Of a stretch of DNA of 64,000 nucleotides, positions 1 to 13,300 are shown one piece after another. Origin of the DNA: Octopus bimaculoides (Eukaryota); NCBI RefSeq assembly GCF_001194135.2, contig NC_068983.1:101518571-101582570 (forward strand), given 5' to 3'. Within the stretch, counting starts at the first letter, position 1; the number at the start of each line of letters is the position of its first letter. Below the pieces are notes generated by a model, which ran no database searches, was not told where the DNA came from, and worked only from the letters and a program-made list of their open reading frames with translations. A program made the translations under genes and the position numbers.

Positions 1-482
1 ATGAGTGGTTGGCTTTAGGAAGGGCATCCAGCTGTAGAAACACTGTCAAATCAGATTGGAGCCTGGTGTAGCCATCTGGTTTCACCAGTCCTCAGACAAA
101 TCGTCCAACCCATGCTAGCATGGAAGGCGGACGTTAAATGATGATGATGATGATGATGAATTGTTTCAGAGCTGAATACTCAACTGTTCTTATCAAGAAC
201 AATAGAACAGTTTACAAACTAACATCACAATACACAATATAAAGTTTTTAATGGAACCCATTAATTAAGGATTTCTTTTTCTTTTAGTATGATATAATTC
301 AGAATTTCTTCATTTATTTTGGAATACAGAATTGATGTAAATGCACATTTATGTCCTATGTATGCAAAAGGAAAGAATTTTATTAATTCCCATCAAAAGA
401 AACAAGCCAAGTTATATTTATAGAATTCAAACTACAATATGTGAATTTATAAAAAGCACTCGTATCAGTGTCAAATGAAAGG

Positions 483-727
483 CAACCTTGCCAGCACCAC
501 ATAATAACACTCATGCTGACACCATGTAAAAGTGCTTGTGCTGGTGCTACATAAAAACCACCCAACCAACACACTCTATAAAGTGGTTGGCGTTAAGAAG
601 GGCATCCAGCCATAGAAACCTAGCTGGATCAGACTGGATCAGACAGGAACCTAATGCATCTTTCCTGCTTGCCAGTTCTAGTCAAACCATTCAACTCATG
701 CCAGCATGGAAAACGAATGATGATGAA
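483..727 (+). mobile_element. Repeat with RTE-like 3' tail (ccaacccatgccagcatggaaa...(GAT)n)
   Basis: Recurring motif aagtggttggcgttaggaagggcatccagc...gatgatgat. Other copies at about 1-158, 13040-13245, 17765-17915, 19089-19440, 26108-26370, 35692-36120, 41250-41640, 44640-44855, 50860-51190, 51760-51940 and 57065-57440. Confidence 0.85.
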
Positions 728-840
728 GATAAATTTGTGTTGTAAGAGCAGGTGAATTCTGAAGTTTGAGCAGTGTTTTCTTATTTTTTATGAAGGAAAA
801 AAAATCAATTTTATCTCTTAAAAAACATTAAATAAATTCA

Positions 841-1260
841 ATAGGCGCAGGAGTGGCTGTGTGGTAAGTAGCTTGCTTACCAACCACATGGTTCCAGGTT
901 CAGTCCCACCGCGTGGCACCTTGGGCAAGTGTCTTCTACTATAGCCTCGGGCCAACCAAAGCCTTGTGAGTGGATTTGGTAGACGGAAACTGAAAGAAGC
1001 CCGTCGCATATATGTATATATATATATACGTATGTGTGTTTGTGTGTCTGTGTTTGTCCCCCCCCCACCATCGCTTGACAACCAATGGGGGTGTGTTTAC
1101 GTCCCCGTAACTTAGCGGTTCGGCAAAAGAGACCGATAGAATAAGTACTAGGCTTCCAAAGAATAAGTCCTGGGGTCGATTTGCTCGACTAAAGGCAGTG
1201 CTCCAGCATGGCCACAGTCAAGTGACTGAAACAAGTAAAAGAGTAAAAGAGTAAAGAGTA
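841..1260 (+). mobile_element. Major tRNA-derived CORE-like SINE (family A), full-length young copy
   Basis: Head ggcgcaggagtggctgtgtggtaag; B box ggttcagtcc; ccttgggcaagt core; internal (TA)/(TG) repeats; (GAGTAAAA)n tail. Related copies at about 1860-2030, 17050-17220, 18190-18330, 31845-31990, 35140-35305, 45300-45670, 50136-50285, 55270-55445, 58360-58560 and 59925-60085. Confidence 0.9.
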
Positions 1261-1299
1261 ATAAACACATTAGATTAATTAAATAATTTTCTAACCTAC

Positions 1300-1386
1300 C
1301 CTTGGCAAATTATCTTGAGTTTTGTAACTGGAATCATAATCAGCAAGTTCATCAAGAACATCAGAATACATGTCAATGAGAGATTT
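1300..1386 (-). CDS. OPA1: OPA1 coding exon 8 ([29 protein letters not shown])
   Basis: 87 nt, GT-AG; very close to human [29 protein letters not shown], just before the G1 motif. Confidence 0.97.
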
Positions 1387-4300
1387 CTGAAAATCGAGAA
1401 TTATGGAAATTGTTTCAAAGATGAAAAATAACAACATTGTCATTTCATGTCAAAGTACTTGAACATTCACTTCATTACTTCCATATCTCTTAATTCCCCA
1501 TCTCCTTTTACCTCTCACTCCTATTTCTTTCAAACTCCTTGTCATATTTATTCCAAAAATCTTCATTTATATTACATTGGCATAAAAATAATTTACTTCA
1601 AAATGTTTGATTTTAAAAGACAAAAATCATTCAATCTATAATACGATAAAAAGGGGCAGGGAGAAAATATATCAAAATCATAAATATATTTTCTATGAGT
1701 TAGATCAATTTTAGAATGTTAACATTCGGGGGCCAGATGCTTTATTAGCAGAATGCTCTTTGAACACCTACTGTACTAATATGTGATAAACTTGCTGCTT
1801 GGATACGTAAAACTAAAAACTAAAAAATTAACATGCAGAAATGATATTTATATTAAGTGGTTAAAACATTCAATTTACAATCATGAAGTTTTGGTTCAAT
1901 TCTACAGCACAGCGTCATGGTCAAATTTCTACACCATAGCCTCTGATTGACCAAGACTTGTGAGTCAAGATGGGGAGATGGAAACTGTGTGGAAGCCAGT
2001 CACACACTGTGTCACACTGATTCAGCCTGTGAAATTCATTAAGAGTAGGTGTGTCTATGAAATATTCAACCACTTAGATGTTAATTTAACAAGGAGGTAG
2101 TTCAGTTGATCAAACAAGTAAATGCTTCTTTGCTGGAACAATTAAAAGTGTATGCTTTAGATAGTAGTAAATACCAACCTTCATTGTTCTTTTTTTACCA
2201 TTCCTTTGATCTTTCAAAATCAACTGTTTGCGAAGTTCTCTAACATCCTTCTCTAAACGATCAACTTCCCTTTGGTAGCGTATCTAACAAAAAAAGAGAA
2301 ATATACATCAACATAACCAATGATATTTCCTATAAATACTAAGCAGGCCATCTTTTCTGATCAAGTGACAATCTACAAATGATCACACTCATTCTTATAT
2401 ATTCGCATCATTTCATTATTTTAAAGAAATCCTCAGAATAGTTAAAATTTGAATTCCTAAATTCATCTAATTTCTAACTTAAGTTACAATCCAAAGCATT
2501 TTTCCAAACTGACATGAGGTGCAGGAGACTTTAAGAGCTGCTCTCCAATGCAGCCTAATCTTCTTAATTCTTTTCTACATACTTTAATCATAGTCTGCTT
2601 CAGCCAGTTCCTCTTGAAACACTCTCCCACCAAATGCATTACCTATTCAGATTACATGGCCACAATACAAACGCATCCATACACTAATTCAAGTTACTTA
2701 TACTGAGTTGAATACTTTCACTAAGCAATAAGTTCTTTGCAAACTGAATCAACTTTCAAATCTTACTATCAACCATTTCACTTGCAAAAGGCAGGAACAT
2801 CAGACCTAATTTTTTTTTTACTTCTTTATAAATGTAATGTTTTATATATATACATATGTGTGTGTATAGATAATTGAAGATTGGAATTTGTGATATAATT
2901 TTTGTTACATTGGTGACAATTGTTTCAGCAACACCATATTGAAAAGCTTCACATTATGTTTATAAATATCTGCCTTATTAATGATCTAGTCATATATGCT
3001 ATATAATGCATTTACATCGCCAACCATGGAATTGTCTCATTAGAACTGTTTATAAAAACAACAGATAATATAATCTAGGTAAACACCTGAATTGTACTGT
3101 CCCAACTGACCTACTATGTACTTCCATGTCTGGTAATGAACTGAGCTTTATATAATAAAACTTAAATTGAAGTACAAATAATAATCAAAAAAAACATTTT
3201 CACTAAATTATAAGTTGATAAATGGTATAAAGAAGGCTAATAAGCATAACTGGTTGCAGAAATAAGCATGGTTAAGAAATTCACTTTGTAACAAATGGTT
3301 TCATGATAGTTAATTATTTTTATCTATCTCTTATCATAATTTTTAAGGAACATCTCAACTGTAATCTCAAGGATCGAAGCACCACAAAGATCAATCACTA
3401 AAAAAAATAAATGGCATGACAGGACTTGATTATTGGACTCGACTTAAACAGCCGAAACTCTAATCTCTGCAACAACACTGTGAGCAATATATTATTTGCA
3501 CCATGTGGAAAATATTCCACCAATATTATCCAAATGATATTGATATTATGTTTACAATTCACCCAAGCCTAGGCCTCCATGCAATGTGTCTCCTACAAAG
3601 GTCAAGATCACATCACATAAAAACATTGCGACATAATTTCTTCACTGCAAATGGTCCTACTTTTTTCAATGTTATCCTGAAAGAAATTAAAGTAGAAAAA
3701 GACCCAACAACTTTCAAATGGTACCTGGACAAATTCCTGCAGGAAATACCAGATAAGCCACCTACACCTGGATACGTCTCAGCAAACAACTCTCTGCTTG
3801 AATGGTCCATGATGTCCCAAAATAATTAATTTAAAACCTTTTCCAGGTGGTGCTATTGAGTTAGTCATGGTCTGGGCCAATAATGGCTGAAACCAATCTA
3901 AGTTATCTAAGAAAACATATTCTTAAACAAGGTGCATCTTATACCCTGGTTCACCTTATAAACAATAAATATGATATAAAGAAATATGTAGAGCTAGAAA
4001 AAGATAAAAAAAACAAGCTGAGCTCTCTGTCACCATGAAAAACAAATATAAATGAATATTGAATAAATGTATATAAATATGATGCATATAACTTTAAAGT
4101 TATGAAGATTGAAAATAAATGTTAATGAGCAAGCATATTGTAAAAAAACTGTATAAAGAGTAGACTAACCTGGACATGAATGAGCTCAGACTGAAGTTGC
4201 TCTACTTTTCCTTTGTCTTCATACTATAAAGAATAGAAAATGTAAGCAGCAGCCAAGCTGAGTGTTTATGAGAAAGCTAGTGGCAAAATAATAAGCTTTA

Positions 4301-7300
4301 TGTATCAGTTATCAGAGAAAGCATTATAACAGCTTCATAATTTGCTCAATTGCACATATGAATGAGAATAATAATTATCATTATTAATTATTATTATTAT
4401 TATTAATTAAAAGATTTGTAAATTATTTGCAGTTCCAGATTACAAAATTATGAATGCAGAATGAAGGTGTACAGCTCAGTGGCTAGGGTTTTGAGCTTAT
4501 GATAGGCAATGTATTCAATTAACAGAAAGGGTGAACTGTGTCCTTGAGCAAGGCATTTTATATCACATTACACTAGTCCATTCAGCTAAAAACAAGTACC
4601 TGAGGCTACTTGTTATAGCTCCAGCTACCTGTAATGAACAAGCACTCTGTTCAGGGGTGGAAGTCATGTTGCTTAATCACCATGGAAACTAGGGTAAGTG
4701 TGAGCCAAATAAGCTCGTAGGAATAAGACGAAATAGATTCAGATATTTATCATAATTACACAAGATTTCAATTCTATTTGCTTGAATGAAATTTATTCCT
4801 CTAAGATGAATCTCACAGATAACAGAATTATCATAAGCCAATTGAAAAATTCTTTAAAACAGAAACCAGAGTGTGGAAAGTCTTTAATTTTATATACAGA
4901 TTTTCAAAATTAATATAATCTTTTATTCTATTTAATTTCTTTTTATTGGTTTCATGATTTCTGTTTGTTTAAAAACTGAAAAAAAAAAAGATCTGAATAT
5001 TTATAACCAAAGATCATATTGCAGAACATGTAAAAAATATTTTTGTCCAGATTCTGGTTGTTATTTCTATCTCAGTTCCCATCTCTAATCTTCTGTCTCA
5101 CACTAATACACTTAGCTACCCACCTTTTCTACTCCTCTATCCCTATTCTCTCTCTCATATTTACTTTGTACCTTGAGGGTACCTTCAGCAAGACACCTGT
5201 TCCCTCTATTATGTTTTGCATCTTTCACTTAGTTGAAGGGTGCTGTCTTACAAGTACTTGGAGACCCATCCAACCCATACCAGCATGGAGAAAGGAACAT
5301 TCAATGATAACAATGAAGATGATGATATATGTAAACAAAACCTCAGTCTGTTATCTTTAAAAGGAGGATTAAAATAATCTAAAATGTATTACAGCAAAAA
5401 CATTAACAGAAAGAATGCTTACATTTGATGGATTTTGTTCTGATGAGGAGGAACGACCTTCACGTTCAACTTTGGTTTGTTGAAGAGAATTGTTCAAGTT
5501 TCTATCTGCAGGAGAGAAATACCCACAACACATGATTTTAATACATACACATATTAATAAAGACAACCTCTTTATCGCATAGAGGCACCATGAACTACTT
5601 ACTAGTGTAAAATGTTAAGATTAGAAAATCAATCTTGGTTAGTAAAAAAAGAAAAAAACACCTCAACAATCTTTACAAAGATCCATAAAGTCTATGACAA
5701 ACTGCTAATATATATCTTCTAAAGATTTTATCTCATATCATGTTTCAATTTACAGCAATGTTAAGTGGAAACAATAATGTTCTAATATATACATGACAAA
5801 ATTTATGCTACACCAAGTAATGATTTGAGAAAATTTGGAAAAATTAATCATTTCAACTTACTCACACATTGATTTAAAATCTTTTTTTAATTTAAAAATT
5901 ATTTTTTTCAAATATAAACTTCATTATGTTTGCAAAATTTACGGTTTGCTAAGCACAAGGAAAAGTATTTTTTCTTATAAAAGACACCTTTATGATGAAA
6001 TCCAGTAATAATTAATCCTTTAAGGAATTATATTTTAAAAAAATGTTATTGAATGCAATATCAATTAATTAATTGATCAAGAAAATGGCCAGTAATCAGG
6101 AAAAGGGCAGTTGAAGTATACCTTGCTTTGTATACTTATTAAAAAAATATATAGTCTTTAAATAAGCAAACAGACATAGACATAGTCATAAAGAGGGAAT
6201 TTTGTAAACTGACACACACATAAGAGTGACAACTGCTCATGCCGAATGTCATTGAAAGAACAACTATTACCCACAGGTGTACAGAATACAGTTTTTATAA
6301 ACAATAATTAGTTTATAAAAAGTAGAATGCAAATTTGCTTCTATATTGGTAGTAAAAAATTACATGATAAAAAAGACTATTCTGATTTATTGCAGTACCA
6401 AATTACTGAATTGCTTTTTTAATTTTTCTCTTCCTTAAAAAAAAAAAAAAATCATTAGCTTTTAAAACCTATAAAGCTGAAGAAAAAAAAATCTAAATTT
6501 CAATGTATCAATGGGTGATTTAAGCCATAAAGATATTAAGTACAGGGATGAGTAAGAAATAGCATTAGTTTGAGGGTTGCTTGGATGCTTCCAAAAAAAA
6601 TACTGAATAATTCATAGTTGTCAATATCGAAGAAGTGATAAGAATTAAAATGCAAACATTCTATATATAACTATAGTTGGTACAAAAATGTATGGAAGTG
6701 ATATATAATAGACAAAATTAAGTTAGTGTTGCAGGACATTCAGAAATTAGGAAACCTCAAATATCTATTCATAAAACTGAACAACAACAACAAAAATTAA
6801 AAACAAGAAAATATAAAACAGAAAAATGAAAATTTGAAAGAACTAGTAATGTGATTAACAAAACAAACAGTTGTAATTAACAGAAAAATAAAATTTGAAA
6901 GAACTAATAACAGTATGTGATTAAACAAAAGTTATACTTAAAAGAAAAATGAAAATCTGAAAGAACTAATCATGTGATTATTTGCAGGGGAAATCAAATA
7001 CTTCTCTGAATGGAGTAATTAATTGATATGATGCTTAAGTAATAAATGAGAGAATGGAAAGGGGGTATGTTGATCTGTTTCATCAAAAGATAATCAATTG
7101 TTAGATAAAATTAAGCTGATTTACTAAAATAACTCAGAGCCAGTGAAATTTTAAACTAATATAAATCTCTACTGCTGTAAATTGTGTTATTTCATTGAGA
7201 GAATAGTAATGTAAAAGAGCAATTTTTATTCACAAATTAAAAATTAATCCAGAATTGACAATTCAAACATAGCTTGTTAAATTGAAGTAAATCTTAACTG

Positions 7301-10300
7301 TAAATAAGCTCAAAAAATACTTGGCAGGTATGTTATCCATTTAAGCCATTTATGGCTATTGAAGTCAGCAATTTTGCTTTGTGTGTTATTATTCAGAAGA
7401 AAGACAAACCACTTCCTGAAAATATAGCTAGTTTTTTGCAAACTAATTTCTCTAGATGAACTGGTAATTAAGCACCATCCAAAAGTAAACTAACTCGACC
7501 AAAATGTAATGTCAGAGCTGTGATGTAAACTCATTAACTGTGTTTTGCAAATGACTGAACAATTTTCATCTAAATGATAAAACACAAAACTAAAATTAAT
7601 TTAATCTTTTCCATGTAGTAGTACATAAGCAAGTAACAACTCTAAATAAACTGCTACTAAATAACCTTTAGAACTAACAATAATTATCAATGGGAATTTT
7701 CCTAATAGCTTATATAAACTTAGTGTTGTATAGCAACAAATAAATTGCTTCTACAGTGAACCCTGTTAAATTACACATTTATTTATTAATATATTCAGAG
7801 AAAAAAAAAAGGGACTGGTGTAAAAACTTGAAAATATATTTGAATGCATGCATGATGTCTCTAACACCACCACAATAGGAATGGAGGCCATAGAAATATT
7901 AGAAATATAGTGTTAATCTTATATCAATTCTGATTAAGCAAACATTTAATCAAAGGAATTCCTGCTGTGAAACAATCATTCTTCCTATGTGTAACTAGCA
8001 CTATATCATCTGTACCTTCCTTCTTTTTAAAATGATAAAGAGAGATAAGAGGAAAATTTTACTACTATTTTATGCATCCAGATAACAATATAGAGGCTCT
8101 CTTGGTTTGTTACCAGATCATTGATGATTGGATCAAATATTTCAGATGGACACAACAGAGAAAAATATAATTGTATAGAACTGTTTATTCAAGCCAATAT
8201 AGCAAAATGGACTTTAATTATGACAGCACTTACTAGAAAAGGAATAATATTTTTGCTTCTAAATTAGCCGAGATAAAGTTCAATACAGTGAAAAATATAA
8301 AAATATTCATTTAAATTTCAAACATGTTAAAAAACAAAATGAAGAAGACAGTTGACACAAAAATAGTAAAATACTAACTACCAACTAAAACATGGAACAA
8401 AATGTGAAGTCAGATAATTAAAGAAAGGAGAATTTAAGGAATTTTAATTTTTGAAAATGTAAAAAAGGAAGTTTATGAAAAAGAAATGAAGTTATAAGGA
8501 TGATCACCAAGCACAACAAATCATTAAAACACCTTTGACAATTACTTGTGTAGTTAGTTGGGTTTCAGCTAATTTTACATGCTGAACAAAATACCAACTA
8601 GATCTTTTTAGATAGCACAAACTCTAGTGACTCAGCCAATAACTGAGACAATAGACCATGAACAGATATGGAAGTTTGCAAGTTCAGTTCATTGCTAAAT
8701 CATCAACTTAACTTGTATTACAGTTCTATATTTAAGAGATGAGGAATTATGTACATTATTTACATTTGACGGATATTTGTCCTCATCTTGTTTGTTGTTA
8801 ACACAATGTTTCAGCTGATATACCCTCCAGCCTTCATATGCCCATGGGCATATGGCATAGCGGTTAAGAGCACAGGCTACTAACTGCAAGATTCTGAGTT
8901 CAATCCCAGGCAGTGACCTGAATAATAATAATAATAACATCGAAAAATATCTTAGGAATGAGAACCCAGGTTCGAAATTTCCCCAAGATACCTGATGAAG
9001 GCTGGAGGGTATATCAACTGAAACATTGTGGTTAACAACAAACAAGATGAGAACAAATATCCGTCAAATGTAAAGAATGTAAATAATTAACTTGTATACA
9101 CAAGCATCATATAACTTATGAAATCTCACCGAATGACAAGTGTTTACCAAACAATAAAACTACATTAAACATCAATGTATAGTAAACACTCATCTACATC
9201 TATTTCTACTTGAACATTATCTGTCATTTCACTAAAAGAGGTGCAAATTTTGTATACAAATATTTGTTATCAGTAAAAGATTTTTTTAAATTAGAAATAT
9301 TAATAAAGTAACATAAAGGAATAGTTGAAACCTAACAGTTTTTGGGTTCTACACACCTGTGGGTAGGCCTGATATCCCAAGCATTGACAAAACTGGTCCG
9401 GCTGAATGGGCAAAACCTGTGGACAGCAAACAATAGATAACAAACAAGTCAAATATAATTAACTGTATCCCTTTGAAACAGAACATTCTGGCATTTTTTT
9501 TTTTTCAAAACAAAGACTTATCAATGGAGGATTTTGAAATTTAACAATAAATAATTAGTAAGGAAAAATTTAAGAGATATGTCTAATCTAATTCATAATT
9601 TAAATAAGTATATTAGAGAAAAGGAAAATGACAAAAAAGATTAAGGTGATAGGCTAAAATTTTTTTGTTTGAATTATTCCAATATTCAACACAATTCTCA
9701 TTCATTAGCCATTAAAATACAATTAAGAATTGCTCAATTCTTAGTAATGTATAATGAATGGAAATGTTTATACAAGATAATATGGTGACATTGAAACAAA
9801 TGTAAAACTATTTAATGAGGGAAATGAGATAAATTGAAAGAAGCATGAATTGGAGACTAAGAGAAAGAGAAAACAGTAAAGGCATCATGAAAATAAATTC
9901 CAAACTATAGTTCTCTCCACCCACAGAATTATCTTTTAAGGAAAGATATATATGGAAATCTTTCCATCCCTTCTGAATATATAGATCTCTTATGAACTCA
10001 CACCACATAAATTTAATCCTTTTGTTACCACATTTCTGTCAAAATACACTGCCCTAGTTTTAGTTCATTTTTAAAATGAGAAAGAAAATAATAGAATAGC
10101 TTTATCATTATTTTGCTAGTGTTTGGAATATTAATTGACTAGAAGGTTTTAATTTAGATCACTTTAAAACAAGAAGTTTGTATAAGAAAATTAGGTGTGG
10201 TTTCAGATGGGTAGGTATCAAAAAAGGCTAAGGAATCATTGGACATTTACAAGCAGTCTCTTTTTTACATTGGACTTGATGCCACATTTTAAGCAGTCTT

Positions 10301-13300
10301 GCTACTGATGGGACTCCAATAAGGAGGAGAGTTTCAACCCAGAATGCAAAGAGTGAGATCTGATACTGCAAGGTATTATGTTTGACACTAACAATTCTAC
10401 TAATCTGCTGCTCTGGACTGATGCCTTATTTATCAAACCCCAAAAGGATCAATGGTAAATGTTGACCGTTGACTTCAGTGGGATTTCAACTCAAAATACA
10501 GATGACTAGAACAAACACTACAAAGGCATTTTTTCTGATGTTCTGCCAACTCTGCCAATTTGCAGTTGCTAAAGATAAACTGATATCTAAAAGGAGAATG
10601 GAAATGGCAAGAGAAAATCTACTAGAAAACATTGGATATTAACAGAAGACTTTAGCACTCATTAAAAATCTAGAATTATATTCTAACTAGACTACATCCA
10701 TAATTCATAGAGTTCAAGTTAGAAATGAAAGAAGTAGAAAAAGAAAATGTCTTTGATAAGAGAAATCCATTTGTGAGTGATCCGTTCCAAAAACAAAGAA
10801 TGAAGGAACTGGTAATAGGTTATAACCTCAAGATAAATCATCACAGTATAGATGCAATTTAGAGGATAAAATGTATTTTAATGGAAATATTTTATTTGGA
10901 CAGTTCTCTTTAAGTATTTCCTATACTCTATCATAAAACAAAATTTCAATTGATGCACCTGGAGTCAAGTATCTGACAAAGTTCATACAAGAACAAACAA
11001 GACTCAACATATTTAGGAACACTCCCAGTTCTCCGTCGTTTTGTTTCATATTTTGAACCAATATCAATTAGTAGATAATAAAAGCCACTTTATTTTTGAA
11101 AATATACAGCTTTCAAATCATTTGACAATTATTGATGCTGATCAAAAGCTGTCACAAATTTGTTTCATAAGGAATAATAGTAATCGTATCATAGACACAA
11201 GGACTTGTATATACAACAACAACAACAAAAAAAAGAAAAAAACATTCATATAAGACACAAACAAAACTAAAAACATCCACCTTGAACTCTTAAAATTTGT
11301 AATACATAGAATAAAGCTATCCTTTTAAAAATGGGAGGGTGATAACTTATAGTTTGATATATTAAGAAGAAAAACAAATTAAGATGATTTTGAAAATAGT
11401 CAATAAATTAGTTCCTCTCAATGCAAAACCACTGAGTCTACTAACCAAACAAATTAATGGCAAAAATTTAGGGAAATTATGTTTTATCAGAGCAATAGAA
11501 TTAATGGAAGTTGAAAAACAAATATCTGAAAGGGAAAATGCACATTATTTACAGTGTTGGAGTAAAAGCCGTGAAGTGTTAGAGAAAAGCTGCTAGAAGC
11601 CTGAACCATACTAACAGAGAAATGTTACTAAAAGATTGCTAAGGCAATTATAACAAGTGTCTAAATGGACTAAAAAAACTAAAAGCAAAAGAAAGATTCA
11701 AGTTGAAAAAAATTTGGAAATTTAACTGTTAACTTAACATCAAATACTTTGGATGTTTCCAATTTGGAGAGTCATTGAAATTACATTTAGTACTTTGAAG
11801 AATACAAACTATAAGCCAACTAATGGCTCTACAACAAAAGAGCTGGATTTTATTGTAGAAGTTGAAGAGTAGTGTAATGACTCACAGTCTTTAATGAAAC
11901 TTTCATCTCTCCAGAATGTATTTAACTAAATAAGTTCCGATGGCAATACAGGAGCAAATATTAAAAGTCTGGAGCAAGTTTGGCATGAGTTATTGAGCTA
12001 TCATCTCTTCATTTGACGACTTCATTCAGTTCAGTCAAGTTGGCTCAACTTAGTTCACTTTTCTAGTATTACAAAAAGAATCTATTTGTGCAAAAAAATC
12101 TATGATTAAAGCATACCACTCTATATTAATAAAACTTAGATTCTTACCTTTAATTTGAAATATCTATGAATGCATTGGCAATTATAAACACTGAAATGTT
12201 CTTCTAACCTAAGAGGTAAGCCATAAGTTACAGAACTAATAAATCTATAAGATGAGGAAAAAACTGCAGAAACTACAAATGCAAATCCACATGCAATGGA
12301 ACCACAAAAACACAGATGAGCAAATGTTTGATAAAATACTTATTACAAAGAAATCATCACTTACTCTGTATGTATGTGTGTGTGTGTATTATATTGCTTA
12401 GTGTTCCAGTATTAAAAGTATCATTTAAACAAAATATCTAATGCGGGATGAAAAATATGGTTGAGAACAAAAACAATTAAAAATTTAATATTACACAAAA
12501 GAAAAGAAGATTGTTCAGAACATTTTCTAGAACTGAAAAACTTACAAACTGAAGAAACAGTCAGAATCACTCACCCCTTGTCTCCCATTCACTACATCCA
12601 TGCCTCAAACCTACCCAACCACTACAGTCATCACCTACTCTTCCTTACCTTCCTTCCAACATACTTACCATTCAACATTGCTCTTCATTTGTTATATTCA
12701 ACCCATTACTCATGCCCCATCTCTAATTATTCTTAACTCTCCCCATATACTCTTGCAAACTTTACTCACCCACACTCTCTGTTCTTCTGTCTCCACTCAT
12801 TTCTTCTCACCTCACATCTTGAGGATCCACTCTGACCTCCACATCACTATTATTTTCTCTCTCTTTCCAGCTCCACCCGTTACTCCCACCCTCTCTTCTA
12901 TAAAGTGAATAGACATGTTGCTCCTGTACAACAAGAAACCTATTCTGTACTTTCATATTTTAACCACTCATCTCCTAGCATAAAACCACTTTCTTCTCCC
13001 GTAGCCCCAATCAGTTAAAGGAAATATTAGTCTTGCAAGCCACATGGTGACCTCACTAGTACTGATGCTACAAAAAGCACTTAGTACACTATATAAAGAT
13101 GTTAATGTTAAGAAAGGTATCCAGCCAAAGAAACCATGCCAAAGCAGACACAGGTACACGATAGTCCTTGGACTCATTGGATCCATCCAACCCATGTCAG
13201 CATGGATGTTGGACATAGAAAAAGATGATGATGAGATGATGATGAATCAAATACATAACTAACTGACAGCAAGAATTTACAGTAAATAGTTATAAAATCT

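Noticed and set aside
818-1081. Recurring ORFs such as [27 protein letters not shown] (also 31783, 37900, 41997, 59924)
   Set aside because: Antisense translations of family A SINE copies, not a gene family.
1-1299. OPA1 G1/P-loop exon (VVVVGDQS.GKTS)
   Set aside because: Not found on the minus strand here; it must lie beyond the left edge of the window.
8695-9086. Reading copy A as an ordinary MITE with ~85-bp TIRs, or as a tRNA gene
   Set aside because: Copies B and C lack the inverted arm, the arms are unequal in length, and the tRNA-like part has no proper acceptor or anticodon stem pairing.
10300-10345. CTGATGG-GACTCC-AATAA-GGAG hairpin resembling a hammerhead
   Set aside because: Lacks A9 and GAAA; no stem I or III.
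12461-12908. Long His/Leu/Ser-rich ORFs (also 23543, 24975, 25034)
   Set aside because: Pyrimidine-rich antisense strands of decayed LINE fragments, which are stop-poor by composition.
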